This document shows positions 23,283 to 38,559 of a stretch of 64,000 bases of DNA, one piece after another. Under the pieces are notes generated by a model, which saw nothing but the letters and a program-made list of their open reading frames with translations, was not told where the DNA came from and did no database searches. The position numbers and the translations under genes were made by a program. The DNA is from Octopus vulgaris (Eukaryota). The stretch covers positions 117,490,001 to 117,554,000 of the forward strand of contig OX597814.1 of the NCBI GenBank assembly GCA_951406725.2, written 5' to 3'. How positions within the stretch are numbered: the stretch's first letter is position 1; the number at the start of each line of letters is the position of its first letter.

Positions 23283-26200
23283 CCCTGAAGACGTCCAAAC
23301 CGAAGGGAACAAAATCGAAGCGGCCAAAGAAGGCGAAGGAACCGGCGGTCGTTTCCACACATGATCGTTCATGTGCGGATTCTTCCTCATCTGCCTTTTC
23401 GGTCCCGGAGGTTCCCCAACCTAATTTGAGGAGCTAGACTCAAACCCACCTGAAGACCGTTGTTCTCCCAAAAAGAAAGAAACGTAGTCAAAACTCCAGT
23501 GGGGCAGATTTAGCTACGAAACCTGCTCACGATAAAATCTGTTTGGATTCTCCCTCACTTGTCCTTCCCATTAATGCCATTGCTCAACCAATTCTGAATG
23601 ATTTTGATGTGAGTTAATCTGGAGAGTGGTGCTCCTCCAAACCGAAGAAGGGGCAGTGCAGTTCCAAACCAGGCGGGAAAGTTATGAACAAAAACCCATC
23701 ACGATCGACCCCAAAGGCCGACATAAGTCTGATGGCTATGAAACCACCCTCTCGAAATCATCGAACGAATAATCGAATGCCGCAGCTCATAATAGAGAAC
23801 AGTAAGACCATTTTGTCCACTCAGGATCAGCAATCATTTATGGTAAAGCTGAATCCACCTGTGATACAGGCATAAACCGCCTAAAAGAAGACATAAATTT
23901 TGTTTCCGTTTTAGTTGGAGAATTGTTCTCTGTCAACGAAAATGTCAGTATCCATAAGGTCGCTCGGCTAGGAATATTCCAAGCGAGCTCAACGGCAGAC
24001 ACTAGACCACGCCCAATAAGAGTAATCTTTTCTTCCGATCAGGAGGCTTCAACCTTTCTCAACAGAGCTCAGATGCATGCCTGGGAGGACCCCAATATGG
24101 GTTTTCGCGAGGAATACTCACTGAGAGAGAGAATTCACCGGAGAAATCTAATATCCGAACTGAAGATGAGAAAACAGATGTGAGAGAAGGGTTTATGCAT
24201 CCAAGATGGACAAATAATCAAGTCCTACCTGTGGTCACATGCTGTAGTGCTGACAGGGAAAGTGAATCGAGGGCGAATCGAAGTAAAGTAGATACCACCG
24301 TCAACGATGCTATCTCTGATACCCCTTATTCTGTTGTTCCCCAATTCCCGCCCCTCAAACTTCACAGCTCAGCATCGTCTATACCAACTCGTGCTCCTTA
24401 TTTCCAAAGTTCAGAGAACTATTTACATTGGCCATGCGTGATTCCCCTGATGTGATAGCGATCACCGAGACTTGGCTAACTCCAGCATTAAAGGACTCGA
24501 AAATCCACCTACAGGGCTACGCCCTCTTCAGATGTGACAGAGAGAAAAGACGAGGTTGTTGTGTATGTTAAATCTGTGTATGTTAAATCTGATCTCAAAC
24601 CGTCCAGCGGTATTCTACCCAATAATGCTCAACCTACAACAAAGTTCGATGCCGTATATTGCAAGCTGAGCCTATCCGGGTTTTGCCTGCCCGTGTTAGC
24701 TGTCTACAGGCCGCCTCTTGCCGACCATCTAGACGATGCTCATTTACTCGAAGCGATAAGGTTCGTTTCAGCTTCTCATGACTGTTTGATATTAGGAGAC
24801 TAATCGATTGGCCCTCATCAATTTGTACATCATCCTCCCGGTTCGGCCAGGTCCTTCTTGACGTGGCGGAAGATTGTTTTCTATCGCAACATGTCGAATA
24901 TCCGACAAAGCATCGGTCTGGGCAGCAGCCATCTATGCTGGATCTGGTATTCTCCCGCTATCCAAGACCAGTGTCAGACGTATCTGTGTGCGCCCCTCTT
25001 GCCAAGATTGATCATGCGGTCCTGAAGTTCGTCATGCACACCACATTTTCTACGCCCACGACTACTTCGCTGCCACGTAGTCTTCTCTGCAATTAATCTT
25101 GAAATTCTAACCGAGGCTTCCGCGCTTCTGGACTGGCGATCCCTGATGACGTTGTCCTCAGTTGACGAACTATGGTCGTCCCTCAAAGCATATGTAATCT
25201 GGTTGACTGACCAAGCAGTTCCCGTTGGGCTTCCCAAGGAGAAGAAACACAAGCCCTGGGTGACGAAGAAGGTTAAACAAGAACTTCGACTCAGAGATAT
25301 TGCTTGGGCTGAATTCAAAAATCTGGATTCGACTGCAGCTTTTGAGGTGTACAAAACTCAACGAGACCAAGCCGTGAAAATTGAAAAGAAGAACGCTTCA
25401 GATATGAATACAGAATCGCGGCAAACGCCAGTAGCAATCCAAAAACCTTCTTTGCCCATGTCCAACGGAATTCCCGCTTAAACAACCAAATTACAACGTT
25501 GGTAGACTCAACAGGCGTATCAATTGAGGACCTTATCAACAGAGTCAATTATTTACCGAGGCTTTTTCAACTATTTTCAAACAAGATGATGGTCGTGAAC
25601 CCTCTCCATTTGATAGATCGGTACCTCCAATGCTTCGATCGGTCATCACGCGAGACGAAGTCGAACGCGTTATTCAAGGCCTCGATGTCAACAAGGGTCA
25701 CAGCCCTGACGGCATACACCCACGGGTTATCAAAGCGTTGGCTCCGGTCATCTGCGAGCCCTTAACACATCTATTCAATATGTTATTGGCGACGGGTGTT
25801 ATACCTGCGGACTGGAGAACAGCGATAATCTGCCCAATTTTCAAGAAAGGGAGCCGCGAAGACCCGCTTAACTACCAACCGGTTTCCCTTACATCAATAA
25901 TCAGCAAGATGTTCGAAACCATCTTTAAGAAAAGTATGATGCTCCACCTCCAAAACACAGCCTCTATCTCTGATTCCCAACACGGCTTCGTGCCGAAGAG
26001 ATCATGCTTGACTAACTTACTGGTAATGGAAGAATTAGTGACGCGCATCCTCGATAATAGTGATGCTGTTGACCTATGTTTTATTGGACTTTGCCAAAGC
26101 TTTTGACTCGGTAAACCACCGCCTATTACTTGACAAGCTTCAAGCATTTAGTTTCCATCCGGATATTGTACGATGGGTTGGTGCCTTCCTCTCAGATCGC

Positions 26201-27231
26201 TCCTTCCAAGTCCAAGTTAATGGTTCGCGGCCCGACGTCTCCAGTGCGAATAGTGGCCTGCCTCAAGGTTCAGTGCTTGGGCCCTTATTGTTCTTAGTCT
26301 TCATAAATGACTTGCCCGACGACCTCTCACGCAACACACCCTTCTATTTGCCGACGATGTCAAACTGGTCGCTCCTCGCGGTGATATAGAGGATCTTCGT
26401 CGATGCCTCCACCAAATTTGGAGATGGTCTAACGAATGGGACCTGTGTCTGAACGTGTCAAAGTGCTGTCATCTGCCTGTTGGCTCTCCTCCTGCAACTC
26501 AACTTGATTTCGAGCCGGGTCGTCTGCTACAGGAGAGGACCGATCAGGTAAAGGACCTGGTATCTTGGTGGATTCCTCCTTTTCGCCTTCGGCCCGGTGC
26601 GTCCATACTGCCAACAAAACACGCGGAGTTCTGTTCTTGATTCGACGGTCATTCGGAATGCTCACAGCAGCCATATTCCTACTGCTCTATGTCACGCTGG
26701 TGAGACCCATATTGGAGTACGGGATTCAAGCCTCTTCTCCTTATCTCCTCAAAGACATACAGCATCTCGAAAGAGTCCAGAAGCTGGCTACCCGCATGGT
26801 TCTTGATCTCAAGAATTTGTCGTATGAAGAAAGGCTGAAGACGCTCGACCTTTATTCTCTAGGAAAACGACGACGCCGTGGTGATCTCATTCTTGCTCAC
26901 AACATCATAAGCGGAAAGTGTAACATCTCGAAGGAGCTGTTCTTCACTCCTGCTCCAGAGCGTCGGCTGCAGGGTCATTCCGAAAAGCTCTATCTGCTAC
27001 GATTTCATCTCAATCGAAGGAGAGGGGCTTTCTCCGTCTGGGTTGCGGATCCGTGGAATAAGCTGCTGGCCGAGATGGTGAAGATGCCGACGACCGCTCG
27101 GTTCAAAGTCTCCCTTGACCACAAGTGGCCTGAACTCTTTACATGAACACCACCCTGTACATAAATCAATGTCCCCCTACATGGCCTTGCTTTTTTGCTT
27201 TTTGAGCTAAAAAATTAACTAACTAACTAAC
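23283..27231 (+). mobile_element. Near-full-length decayed CR1-type LINE (ORF1 remnant, APE, RT)
   Basis: ORF1-like RLG...RPRPIRVIF. APE motifs DVIAITETWL, YRPP, ILGD, LDLVF. RT motifs SPDGIHPRVIK, YQPVSLTS, QHGF..KRSC, DFAKAFDSV, PQGSVLGPLLF. C-terminal LERVQKLATR, RRRGDLI. (TAAC)n tail. Many frameshifts. Confidence 0.92.
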
Positions 27232-27314
27232 ACATATTTATACATATACATTTATGTGAAAATATTTATATTTTTATATACATAGATATTTATATACATT
27301 TATATGAAAATATA

Positions 27315-27454
<140 letters not shown>

Positions 27455-28484
27455 AGCACACATGCGTAATACATACATATAACTCTTGAATATACACACA
27501 TAAAATGCACTGCAATATATGTGTGCAACAGTGTTCTCTGGATGTGCATGTGTGTGTACATTAGCAGTCAATCCGGCTCTTAGCCATTATGCAAAACTTT
27601 TAGTCACGTACATATGTGTCAATGACTCTCAAAGTAATAACCTTTGGAAACCTTAACTGCTTAAGTAGGAATACATATGCTATATGAAGTAGTGAGTGCT
27701 CTCTTCCGAAATATTTTCCTAAACAGCACCAATAGTGTGAGGGAATCATGGAATTTAACTGGAATTTTTAATATCACACGTATTTTAGTAATGCAATTAA
27801 AGCAGGATTTTGTAATATCTCTGTTTATTGATATCATGCTTCACATTCTAAGAAATATTAAAAGAAACGGATACAAGAAATATTAAAATTTTTAAATATT
27901 TCGCTCATCTCCATTAAGTTTATAAAATATTACTATACCACAAAATTAACATAATGTAGCTAGTTATCAAAATCCAATATAATCCTGTTGAAATTTTCGC
28001 AATGACTACTGAATACATGTTAATTTTTTCTTACAAAATAGAGGTTTAATGAAATCCTGCAGCTATTTAGTAATCATAAATATAGCTTCAAAGATAAAAT
28101 TGACGTATGAAACTAAGCAACTGAAAACGGAAAACAAAAAAGAATGTATACATTCCGTATAGAAATTCACTGTACGCATTTCGTTAATGTCATTTTCCTG
28201 AAATATTCTTCAAAGAAAAAAAATATATATTCTCACAGGACACATACACGTCAACGAGATGCACACACATATCTTGTAAACGCAAATACACAAGCAATGT
28301 TTGTGTTTTTATATATGTATAAACAGACACACACACACGCATATATATATGCATACATATATATATATTCATATATATATATATTTATTTATACATATAT
28401 ATATGTATATATATATATATATATATACATAAATATGCATATATATGTATATATATTTATATATATATATATGTGTGTATATAC

Positions 28485-28590
<106 letters not shown>

Positions 28591-28838
28591 TTTTCAGGCA
28601 AATATTCTGTGTACAAACGAAGTAAAAGTACTGAGTAACTGAATATTAACAGAAAATATGAATATAATTTAATATTATTACGAGTTCAAGCATCTTGAAT
28701 GGTGATTCTGAGTTCCGTAGTGCTGAATTTCAAATAACTATCGTTTGAATAATTAGCAAATCGACGCTCAGAGAATGTTCGTTTACGCAGCTAAACACGC
28801 ACTCACAAATAAGCGTACACATACACACACATATGCTC

Positions 28839-28909
<71 letters not shown>

Positions 28910-28970
28910 GCTACCTACAGTCACACACATTTACATATGTGTGTATTCAAATATTCATCTTGTAATACAA

Positions 28971-29010
<40 letters not shown>

Positions 29011-29864
29011 GTGTGTGATTGCTTGAATATGCATGTATAGCCTATCTTCTAAAATCTATTTACCAAAATTATGTTCCCAGGTTGTATTTGATTTGACAGC
29101 TGTTATTCATTTTCCATAGAATTATCGAGACACATATAATTCATCCAAAGGACAAAATATAACTTTAAAACATTTGACATGAAAATGCATAAATAATGAA
29201 TACAATATAATGATTCTACACTACGTTTCCAGTATATAAATATTTATGTATATTTATTAACTTCTCCCTTTTTCAACGGTGTGCATCACTCCTGTCAAAA
29301 ACATTCAATATTATTATGAAATGGATCATAAATATGTATGGCCTTCATGTTCCGTGTTTTAATTTTGGTGAATAGTCGTGCACAGATGCATCTGTCTTAC
29401 AAAGTACATTTCAATGCCATCATTTTGGTTACATATAGAGAAACGTATGCTTTTATCCGTGGTGGATAGCTATCAAATTATAAGTGTTCCTTTACGAAAT
29501 GTATGCCTTGAGATCTTCAATGAAATCAAAAGTTTATTATAAATGACTTTCATAAAACTCTTCTTTATAGGATTTGTAACTCCTATAAAGAAAATGTTTA
29601 TGAAAGTCATGAGTAGACTCGGTCATATACTGAAATATTTAGTTACAAGTTTACACTGTGAAACCATATGTTATCAAATCCAACTCCCATTAAATGATCC
29701 GATGAGGATTGAGTATTTACCAGATAAATTTTGAAGAACTAGCCCATGCCTCAATATCTCCAACCTGTGAATTAAGCAGGACATAAATTTTCGAAATATT
29801 AGATGTTTCTACAGAGGTAGTGCAGTGAGAGCACGTGATAAGATTAAAAGTAATGAATAATAAT

Positions 29865-31410
29865 AATGGGGTTCAGGGCTTTTGGCTTAAAATCCTGACA
29901 GGTCTGTACAGGAGAATTGCGGGACAGATGGATGAAACATTGAGTAGTGGCATCCAAGTACCAGCCAGGATGACAAAAGGAAGAACGGTACTATGCCAGA
30001 AGGACCCAAGTAAAGGGAATGCGGTTGGAAATTTCTGACCAATATCTTGTTTGCCACTGATGTGGAAACTGATGACGGGCATCATATCAAACAGCATCTA
30101 TAAGTACCTAGATGAATCTGACCTACTACCAGTGGAAGTAAGAGCGGAGGGATGAAGGATCAATCACTTATCGATAAGAGTATCATGGCTGACTGTAAGA
30201 AGAGACGCAAAATGTTGGTGATGGCATGGGTAGAAAGCATATGACATGGCCCCACACTCGTGGATTATTGAATACCTTAAGGTCTCCCACAATATCCTGA
30301 GGTCAAGGCAAAACTCAATGACAACGTGGCAAACTGAACTCACAGCACGGAGATATAAGCTAGGAGAAACAAATATCAAAAGAGGAAAGTTTCAAGGGGA
30401 CAGTCTGGCGCCTCTCCTATTTGTTGTCTGTATACTGCCGCTAACGGGCGTTTTAAGAAAGATGCGTGTGAAGTACATGCTAGTCAGGTTGACAGTAAAC
30501 AACCTGTGGCTTAAAGATGACCTAAAGTTATTCGCCAATACTGAGAGAGAAACTGTGCAAATGATTAGCAAACATATTACCATGGAATTTAGGATCGAGA
30601 AATGTGGTGTAATGATTCTGAAAGGGGTGGGGCGTAAAAGCCATGTGATCAAGTTGGTAAGTGGTGAAACTATAGATGACGTCGGAGAGGAAGGATATAA
30701 GTACACGGGTATCATTGAAAGAGATAAGATGATTGAACACAAGATGAAAGAAATGTACGGGAAGGAGTAATTAAGAAATCGGCTCGTGTTTCAATCGAGG
30801 CTAATTGGCCGCTATAAGATTAGAGCGATTAACACGTGGGCAGTTCCTTTGATGTGATATGGGGCAGGAATAGTAACTTGGAAGAAGCATGAGTTACAAG
30901 AGACAGACCGAGGAACACGTAAGTTAATGAACTACACCCCAAGAGTGATGCGTCAAGAAGGAGGACGGGGATTGGCGGGCGTGTTGTGAAGGTTGTGAAA
31001 GGGAAGAAAATAGCCTGGTTTGGTATGTCAAGGTGGGTAAAAAAGAAATGATTGAAGCAGTGAAAATGCAAGAAACCTTAAAAGTGAACGAAGCTGTAAA
31101 TCCAGCACAATTAATGAAGACCAGATAGAAAGCAGATGATGAAAATTTTGCCGGACAAGAAAATGCACAATCAGGTAATGGCTGCAGAAAGAAGACTTAA
31201 AAGGGCACTGATGCATTAGTTTGCAGCACCTGAGAGCAAGTTCTCGAACAAACTACGCCACATATTACATTAATAAAAGTACTAACTCACCACAGTGTAG
31301 GATGTGCTCTCAGAAGGGCGAAAGCACTACATGAAACCTTTGGTGATTTGTTATTGCCTGCTTTCAAGTAAAGAATAAACGGCAATTAAGAACTAGCTGA
31401 GTATTCCTCA
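29865..31410 (+). mobile_element. Decayed R4/Dong-type LINE (RT to zinc finger)
   Basis: [73 protein letters not shown]. Followed by (AAT)n. Confidence 0.88.
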
Positions 31411-31425
31411 TTAATAACAACAACA

Positions 31426-31575
<150 letters not shown>

Positions 31576-32839
31576 GAATAGCAAAAGAGGCTGATTGCTA
31601 CCTAGCTCAGATACCAGGAAACCGCAAAATGGTAGAAATTGAGAAGATAGTGGTCATGGGAACAGCCCATATCCTACGTAAAGTGCTATAAAGTATTATG
31701 GATAAATATATATATATATATATTCACATATATATACATATATATACACGTAAATACGCATGATTATGTATATATATATGTATGTATATGTATATATATA
31801 TATTTATATATGTATGTATACGCACATACACCTATATATGCATATATATATGTATGTATGGTGTATATATATATTATATATATAGGCATTGTGGATATGC
31901 ATTCATTTTATATATACATATATGCATATATGTTTGTATGTACATACTTTTATATAAGTATGTGCATATATATGTATGTAAAAGCGCAAGCTTAAGTTTG
32001 CATAAATATGTGTAACACATTCACATATAGATATGTATGGGTGAAATATATTCATATAAAAATGGGCTTGTATAAGAATTTTATTTCGTAAATTTAATAT
32101 AAGCTCTGTTCAAACTTAGTTTAAATTAGATATAACCAACAGTTATTTTGGTGACTAAAACAATCTTAGATATTACAAATGAAGTTGTTTTAAGCAATAC
32201 GCTAAATTACTTTTCTCACAGTAAATATGTACATAGCAGTGATACGCTCAGATCAAAAGACGTTATTTTTGAAGGGCATACACATTATTTAATCTCATAA
32301 ATAATACAGGAGTACCCAACTTCTTTTCATATTGAAATTGGTCTTCTCATATGAATATCTTAAGCAGTGGTATGTAAACTTATTTGAGATTTCATTTTAT
32401 ATAACTTAAGATATCGATTGCTTTTACGTTTATTCAATATGTATAATATATTCGAATATTTACCTTAGAAATATGCAGACAAGAAAGAGAAGAAAACATA
32501 ATATTATGATTAAATCTTTGGTAACATTTTTGTTTGTTATCTTCAGCACAAATTATGTAGCATAGATATATTCCTGTATACCTCTCACATATAAATATCC
32601 GAATTATTTAATTTACAGGCGCATTAATTACATTACAGTTATTCAATCATCCTTTGTACAGGATGGCAGTATTTGCAGGATATTGGATGCCAAGATTATA
32701 TTAACATTGTTATATTAGGTTTGTTACGAGACGATACTTTTTTCCTGAATCCATGTTGCAAAGTTAATATTTCAGCAAAATTTAGAATGTATACGGATTC
32801 GATTTTGAATTAGGTTTCTCATCTCGTGTCTCCGATAAT

Positions 32840-33960
32840 TACATTTTGCCAAAATGGATAAGGAGAGGACCAACATATACAAGTGAAAATTTCCAAATTA
32901 TCGAAAAATATAAAGCCAATGAAAAGGAAGACACGTTAGAAACGAAACGAAGTTTAAACGATTCATGTGATCAAACGGCCTTCCGAAGAAGACATACAGA
33001 ATATTCGGTTTGGTGTTTCTTCTGTGAGAGAAAAAATTACAGGGCATTGATAAAAATTATAGTGATTGAGAATAAAACCATGTATATTGGTCCGAAAAAC
33101 ATTCTCTAAAATAAGATTCTTAATAAAAAAAGACAAAAAAACATTAAGTAATGCATTCAATTTGGAAGGTTCTAGGTTTGAGAAATCACTTTCATCATTT
33201 CGAAGGGCTTATCTTTTCTCACGCTACAACAATGTTCAATGAACTGGTGTGCAGAAGAGAGTTAAGCACTAAATAGTTACTAGTTTGTAGAACAATAATC
33301 ATTCCTCCTATAAAAAGCATTTGATATGTGCAGATATGTAGGACTATAATTTGATTGCAGAACATTTCCAAAAAGCTTAAATGTTATGCATTAATATAGG
33401 AAAATAGGTTGGTTGCCGACGTATAATATAAACGAAAAAAGAGTACCAAAAAGAAGTGTATGGCTATGGCGAGCAGCCAATGGTAGCAAAGGAAATTACT
33501 GGGAATAAATGAACGTGAAAAAATCAATCATTACCATTGAATGCCGACAAGCCGTTTATGGTTTGCCAAACTCATAACTGCAAAATATACATAAGGAAGC
33601 ATCAGTAACAGTAAGGTTCATTGAGAATACTCTATGACGAAGTACCTTTAAATTTGAGGCGGTACCTACAGAAAATTAAAACCGACCTATATTTATTCAT
33701 AACCCGAGAAAGATGAGAATATCTCTAGCCCTATAATTGTGTTCCTATCTCTGATCCACAATAATGAAACTTTTGGACAAAGTAAAATTTTGTAATAAAT
33801 ATTTCCGTTAAATTATACATTATCTTCTAACAGGTTTGACCTTAAAATTATTTACAGGGAACACTATTATCTCTTGACTTTCGTCTATAATCTATTCATG
33901 AATACTATCAAGATATAAACGAATAATTATGGTTTACGACAATTGTACCAATATTCTTAT
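32840..33960 (+). pseudogene. Possible very old pogo/DDE_1-type transposase relic
   Basis: Only weak motif echoes (TYTSENFQ, GPKNIL, YNINEK). No TIRs seen. Confidence 0.2.
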
Positions 33961-35200
33961 AGAAAATTACAACATTTATTAAAGTTGGTTGTATTAACTT
34001 CAGCCAGTAAAGATAAAGACGTAAGATCAAACCACTTATACATCTCGGTAGGATTGGATCAAACGAATAAAATTCCAAGAAAACCCTAATGAAGAACTTT
34101 AGAAATACTCAGAGTGTGATAGAAAATTAGACAGCACTGTTTAACAGTATACTGTGAATATACTAAAATGATAACGAGCTTGACATCCAAGATATAGCTA
34201 ATAGCTTCAAGATACTAAAAGGAAATTTCATTATGGTTGAAAAGCTTAAGCAGTAAAAAGGGGAAAAACTAGTAAGGCGTTCTCAATCCATAGCACAAAC
34301 ACTGATATTGATTAAACCTTATCCTAAACAGAAAATGCCAATCATGACACAAATAGTTATGTACAACACAGTGACATTGGAATAATGTTTAGAAGAGTAT
34401 ACACTACCAGCTGAGTACTGTGATAATCTACGAGGAGTAAAATGAAATATTACATATATAATAAAATTATACTGCATTAAAAAACATGTTAAATAAACTC
34501 AAGAATAAGATTTTCAAATATTTTCAATTTTTTTTTAAGCACCACCAACTGACACTATGTTTAACTTTTATGGATTACACTCTGTTGCGGGTAATCCATG
34601 AGATACTGCAGAACTTGACGGAGGGTAGACAAGACTGACTGAAACCGAAAATGGCCTTAGTTCATCGGGGTTCAAAGTAGAAATGTATCTGATATTTTAT
34701 GCTATCAATAGAATTCCACACATGACTGTATAAATAACATATAGGAACAAAAAGTGTCACGTCAAGCGAAGAAAATGTAGCTATTAGAAATAGGCCGTTA
34801 GAAAAGAAAGTATTGTTTACTCTGTTATCGCTCTCCGAAAAATCCCTAGAAACATTAGCTTGGTGACAAATATAACTAAGAAATATGCCATGTTTCAGTG
34901 GAGATTTGAGCGCAAAGCTTTATGTGCTTGTACCATATGCGGTACGTGAAAAATACAGTGTCATAAATATATGGCATACTCGTTACGGCTATCGACTATA
35001 CAAATTGACTTACTGTAAGCTGTAAAGATCACGAACGAAAATGTTTGTACTGTAATTAAAAATATCGAACAAAATATTTGTCCACATATATAAAGTTACA
35101 CATTTGCATACAGACCTACGTGCACGTTCCACTTCCTATCTATCTATCTATCTATAAAATACAAAATATATACATGTATAAAATATTTTAACAAATTATC

Positions 35201-35246
<46 letters not shown>

Positions 35247-35293
35247 TATATATATATGTACACACACGCACACACGCACATACACACACACGC

Positions 35294-35324
<31 letters not shown>

Positions 35325-35676
35325 TGTACACGATTACTCCTATACACATATACACATATATGTACCTAATTTTAAGATTTCTACTAAAATCATTTTTATT
35401 GGCTTGAAGGGTGATAAAATCATGCGTTGCTGTAGGTATTGTACTCTGTGCCTATCGTTAAGTTTGGAAGCAATTCTTCTTACTTCAATGTTCGCCTCTC
35501 TATGTAAATTGTTTCTTGTTTTCCTTTTGTAGGTATCTTTGCTGTTGCGTGTTAAGTGTCTGTTACGAACGTCTTATCGACTGTGTATAAATCCTTTATT
35601 GTATCTCATTTCACAAAAATATCGTCTGTTTTTAATAATAATTTTACCTTTCATAGTTTTTTCGATTGAATTGTTA

Positions 35677-35800
35677 CGACGACGACGGCGAGGATGGTGA
35701 TGATGGTGATGATGATGATGATGATGATGATGATGACGATGCCGTCGACAATGATGATGACGATGATGATGATGATGGTGATGATGACGATGATGATGAT
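35677..35800. repeat. (GAT)n/(GAC)n repeat
   Basis: Directly visible. Confidence 0.95.
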
Positions 35801-36163
35801 AATATGTTCTGATATGCGTTATCTATGAAATATCTGGGGTGCTAGGCGCCGACTGAATTAGTAACGATGAGAAATTGAATGTTGAAACAATGATGATTAT
35901 ATTTGAACATAAATCAAATATGAGTCCATAATATTAAGCACTACACAAAATATGAAAAAAAAAATTGAAACAAAAAAAAAACGATAAATAATAAATAAAT
36001 GAAAACTGAAACCACTGCAAACATAATCCAGAAAGCAATGACAGGTTTGAAATCCCAAATAAATGCTGCTCAGCTTGAATTTTCTAATCAGAGAATAGTA
36101 ATAAACTACACTAAAATGACAGGCTTTTGTAAATCTTGTTAGCTGAAAAGGTTTATTAATATA

Positions 36164-37590
36164 CTAGCAGAGCTACCCGGCGTTGCCCGGTAACATTCAA
36201 GTGAAGAATTAGTCTTTTCTGTTATATTTTCTGTAATGAACTAGAATATCTACGTTTCGAATTTCATCAAAATTGCAGATGAGGGTTATTTCCCTCTTTA
36301 CACACCCTAAATGATTTGTAATCGTGCCACATGTATACCATACTACTGATTTTTATGAGCATATTCCAAAATACCAATGTTATTGAACCTGTTAAAAAGA
36401 TTTTGTTCCTAAAAAAATGAAGGTCATGGAGCTCTAAAATGTGAGAGTTAAGGCCCCTGTTGGGGGTGGGCATCTTAATGTCAACCAGAGAAGTTGAATT
36501 GTTAAAAATCTTTTCAACTTGGGTCTTATATCTATTGTTTGAATTTCTTTGAAATAGGAAATATATCTTCACTGGGTTTGTAAAAGAGAGCAAAGCTACA
36601 GGAAACCAAAAGACGAATGATCACAATAAGCAGCCAGTTACCCTACCCTAGTCGTTACTTGAAGTACAGGTTCAAGAACTATGCTATATATATATATATA
36701 TGTGTGTGTTTATACATATATGTATATATATATGTATATACACACACACACACATACACGCACACAAAGATAAATTCATAGATACAACTGAGTAGGCAAA
36801 AATTATGAGACACTTCGTAGTGCTTTTTAATATTTTGATAAGCCTGGTACTTACTCTATCAGTTTCTTCTTGTGAAACCAGTAAGTTATGGGGATATAAA
36901 TAAACGAACACCAGTTGTGAAGCAGTGATGAGGGAGAAACACGAAGACACACACATAGACTTACATATATACATATATATATACATACATATATATACAA
37001 TGAATGTCTACAAAAAGTTTCTGTCTACAAAATCCACTGACTAGACTTTGGTTGGTCTGAGGCTATAGCAAAAGACATGCCAGGTTACCACACAGTGTGA
37101 CTGAACGGACGACCATGTGTTTTGGAACCAAGTTTGTTACCACACAGCCTTACCTGCACTTATGTATATGTGAGTGTGAGTGTGTGTATGTGTGTATGTG
37201 CGTATGGGTGTATATATGTATTCATATATATATGTGTACATATTACATGTACATCTATATATATATACATCTAGACATGCATGCATACTCATACATGTAT
37301 ATCTATAGAAATACATCTATACATATACAGCTATACATATTCATGTATGCATATACAGCTATATATATACATCCATATACTTACAATAGAGAGATGTTTT
37401 TGTTACACTTTTAACACGTAATACTGAAATAGAGGATATGTGATATTGCTGTGGGCCATGACACTACATGGACCCAAAGTAAGACATGTGTAAAATTTGA
37501 ATGAAATTGGTTGTGTAGTTCTCAAGTTTTAGGGAAACACACAGACATACATACAGACAGACAGACACACATTCTCAGTTTTGTATTATA
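36164..37590 (-). mobile_element. Non-autonomous Helitron-like element carrying a SINE family A copy (~36740-37158)
   Basis: Minus-strand 3' end CCGGGCAACGCCGGG hairpin, then CTAG|T. 5' region matches 47110-47298, which begins TC on the minus strand. Confidence 0.7.
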
Positions 37591-38089
37591 TATATATATA
37601 CATATATGCATACACACACATACATATATATTTGGAATTTACAAAAGAAACGAACAAAAGACGAAGACAGGTGTGTAAACGGCCAGCAGGTTTATTAGTT
37701 TAACGCTCCGGACTTATAAAAATTTATATAAGGAGTACTACTCATTTTAAAAATAGATATAGAGGACACAATAATTCATTTATTCACCCCTATATAAAAA
37801 ATTCCACGATATTATCATCATACATTAACCACCAAATACATTCTAACATTGAGTATAATTAACGATGATCGATAATTACTGAATCAACAACATAGAACAC
37901 ATATACTAAATCGTATAGGCTTTGCATCAAGGAATCGAGTAGCATACTATACGCTAGTAATAGAAATAAAGACATTTTCTTTATTAGGCACACAGGCCAC
38001 TAACACAGAGGGGACACTACAAGGACAGACACAACACCACAGTGGGGACAAAAAACACAAAACGAATGAGTATGAATATTATATAATAA

Positions 38090-38451
38090 CTAGCAGTATC
38101 GCCCGGCGTTGCTCGGGTTTTTAAGGGAAATAACTATAAAGCATTTATAGCCAAAATATAGCAAAAAAATGATGGTAAATTTTTTTTTGAGAGAAAAAGG
38201 TCAAGTTGCGTCCCCTAGACAGTCTGTGGTTTGTGTTTCTGATTCTCGACCCCATGTCGAATTTATCGATTTTTTTCAGAACTGGGGGAACTTTTCAAAA
38301 TTTTCGCTGCGTTAGGTTTGGATTATGACATTGGGCTATGTGTGTGTCAAGTTTCATCAGAATCGGTTGAAAGCCGTGGTCAGGGTGAGGGTACAACCAA
38401 ACAGACACACAGAAACACACACAGACAAACTGCCGTTTATATATAGAGAGA
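38090..38451 (-). mobile_element. Short non-autonomous Helitron-like element
   Basis: Minus strand A|TCTCTCTATATATAAA ... CCCGAGCAACGCCGGG ... CTAG|T: TC start, subterminal hairpin, CTAG end, A|T target. Confidence 0.8.
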
Positions 38452-38559
38452 TGAAAGACGAATGGCTGCATAGGCCCCATTCCTCATGCAGTACCATTTG
38501 AACGTTTGTATACACAGTCGCTATCTATTGTTTTTTCTTTCCTTAATTATTGTTTTCTT

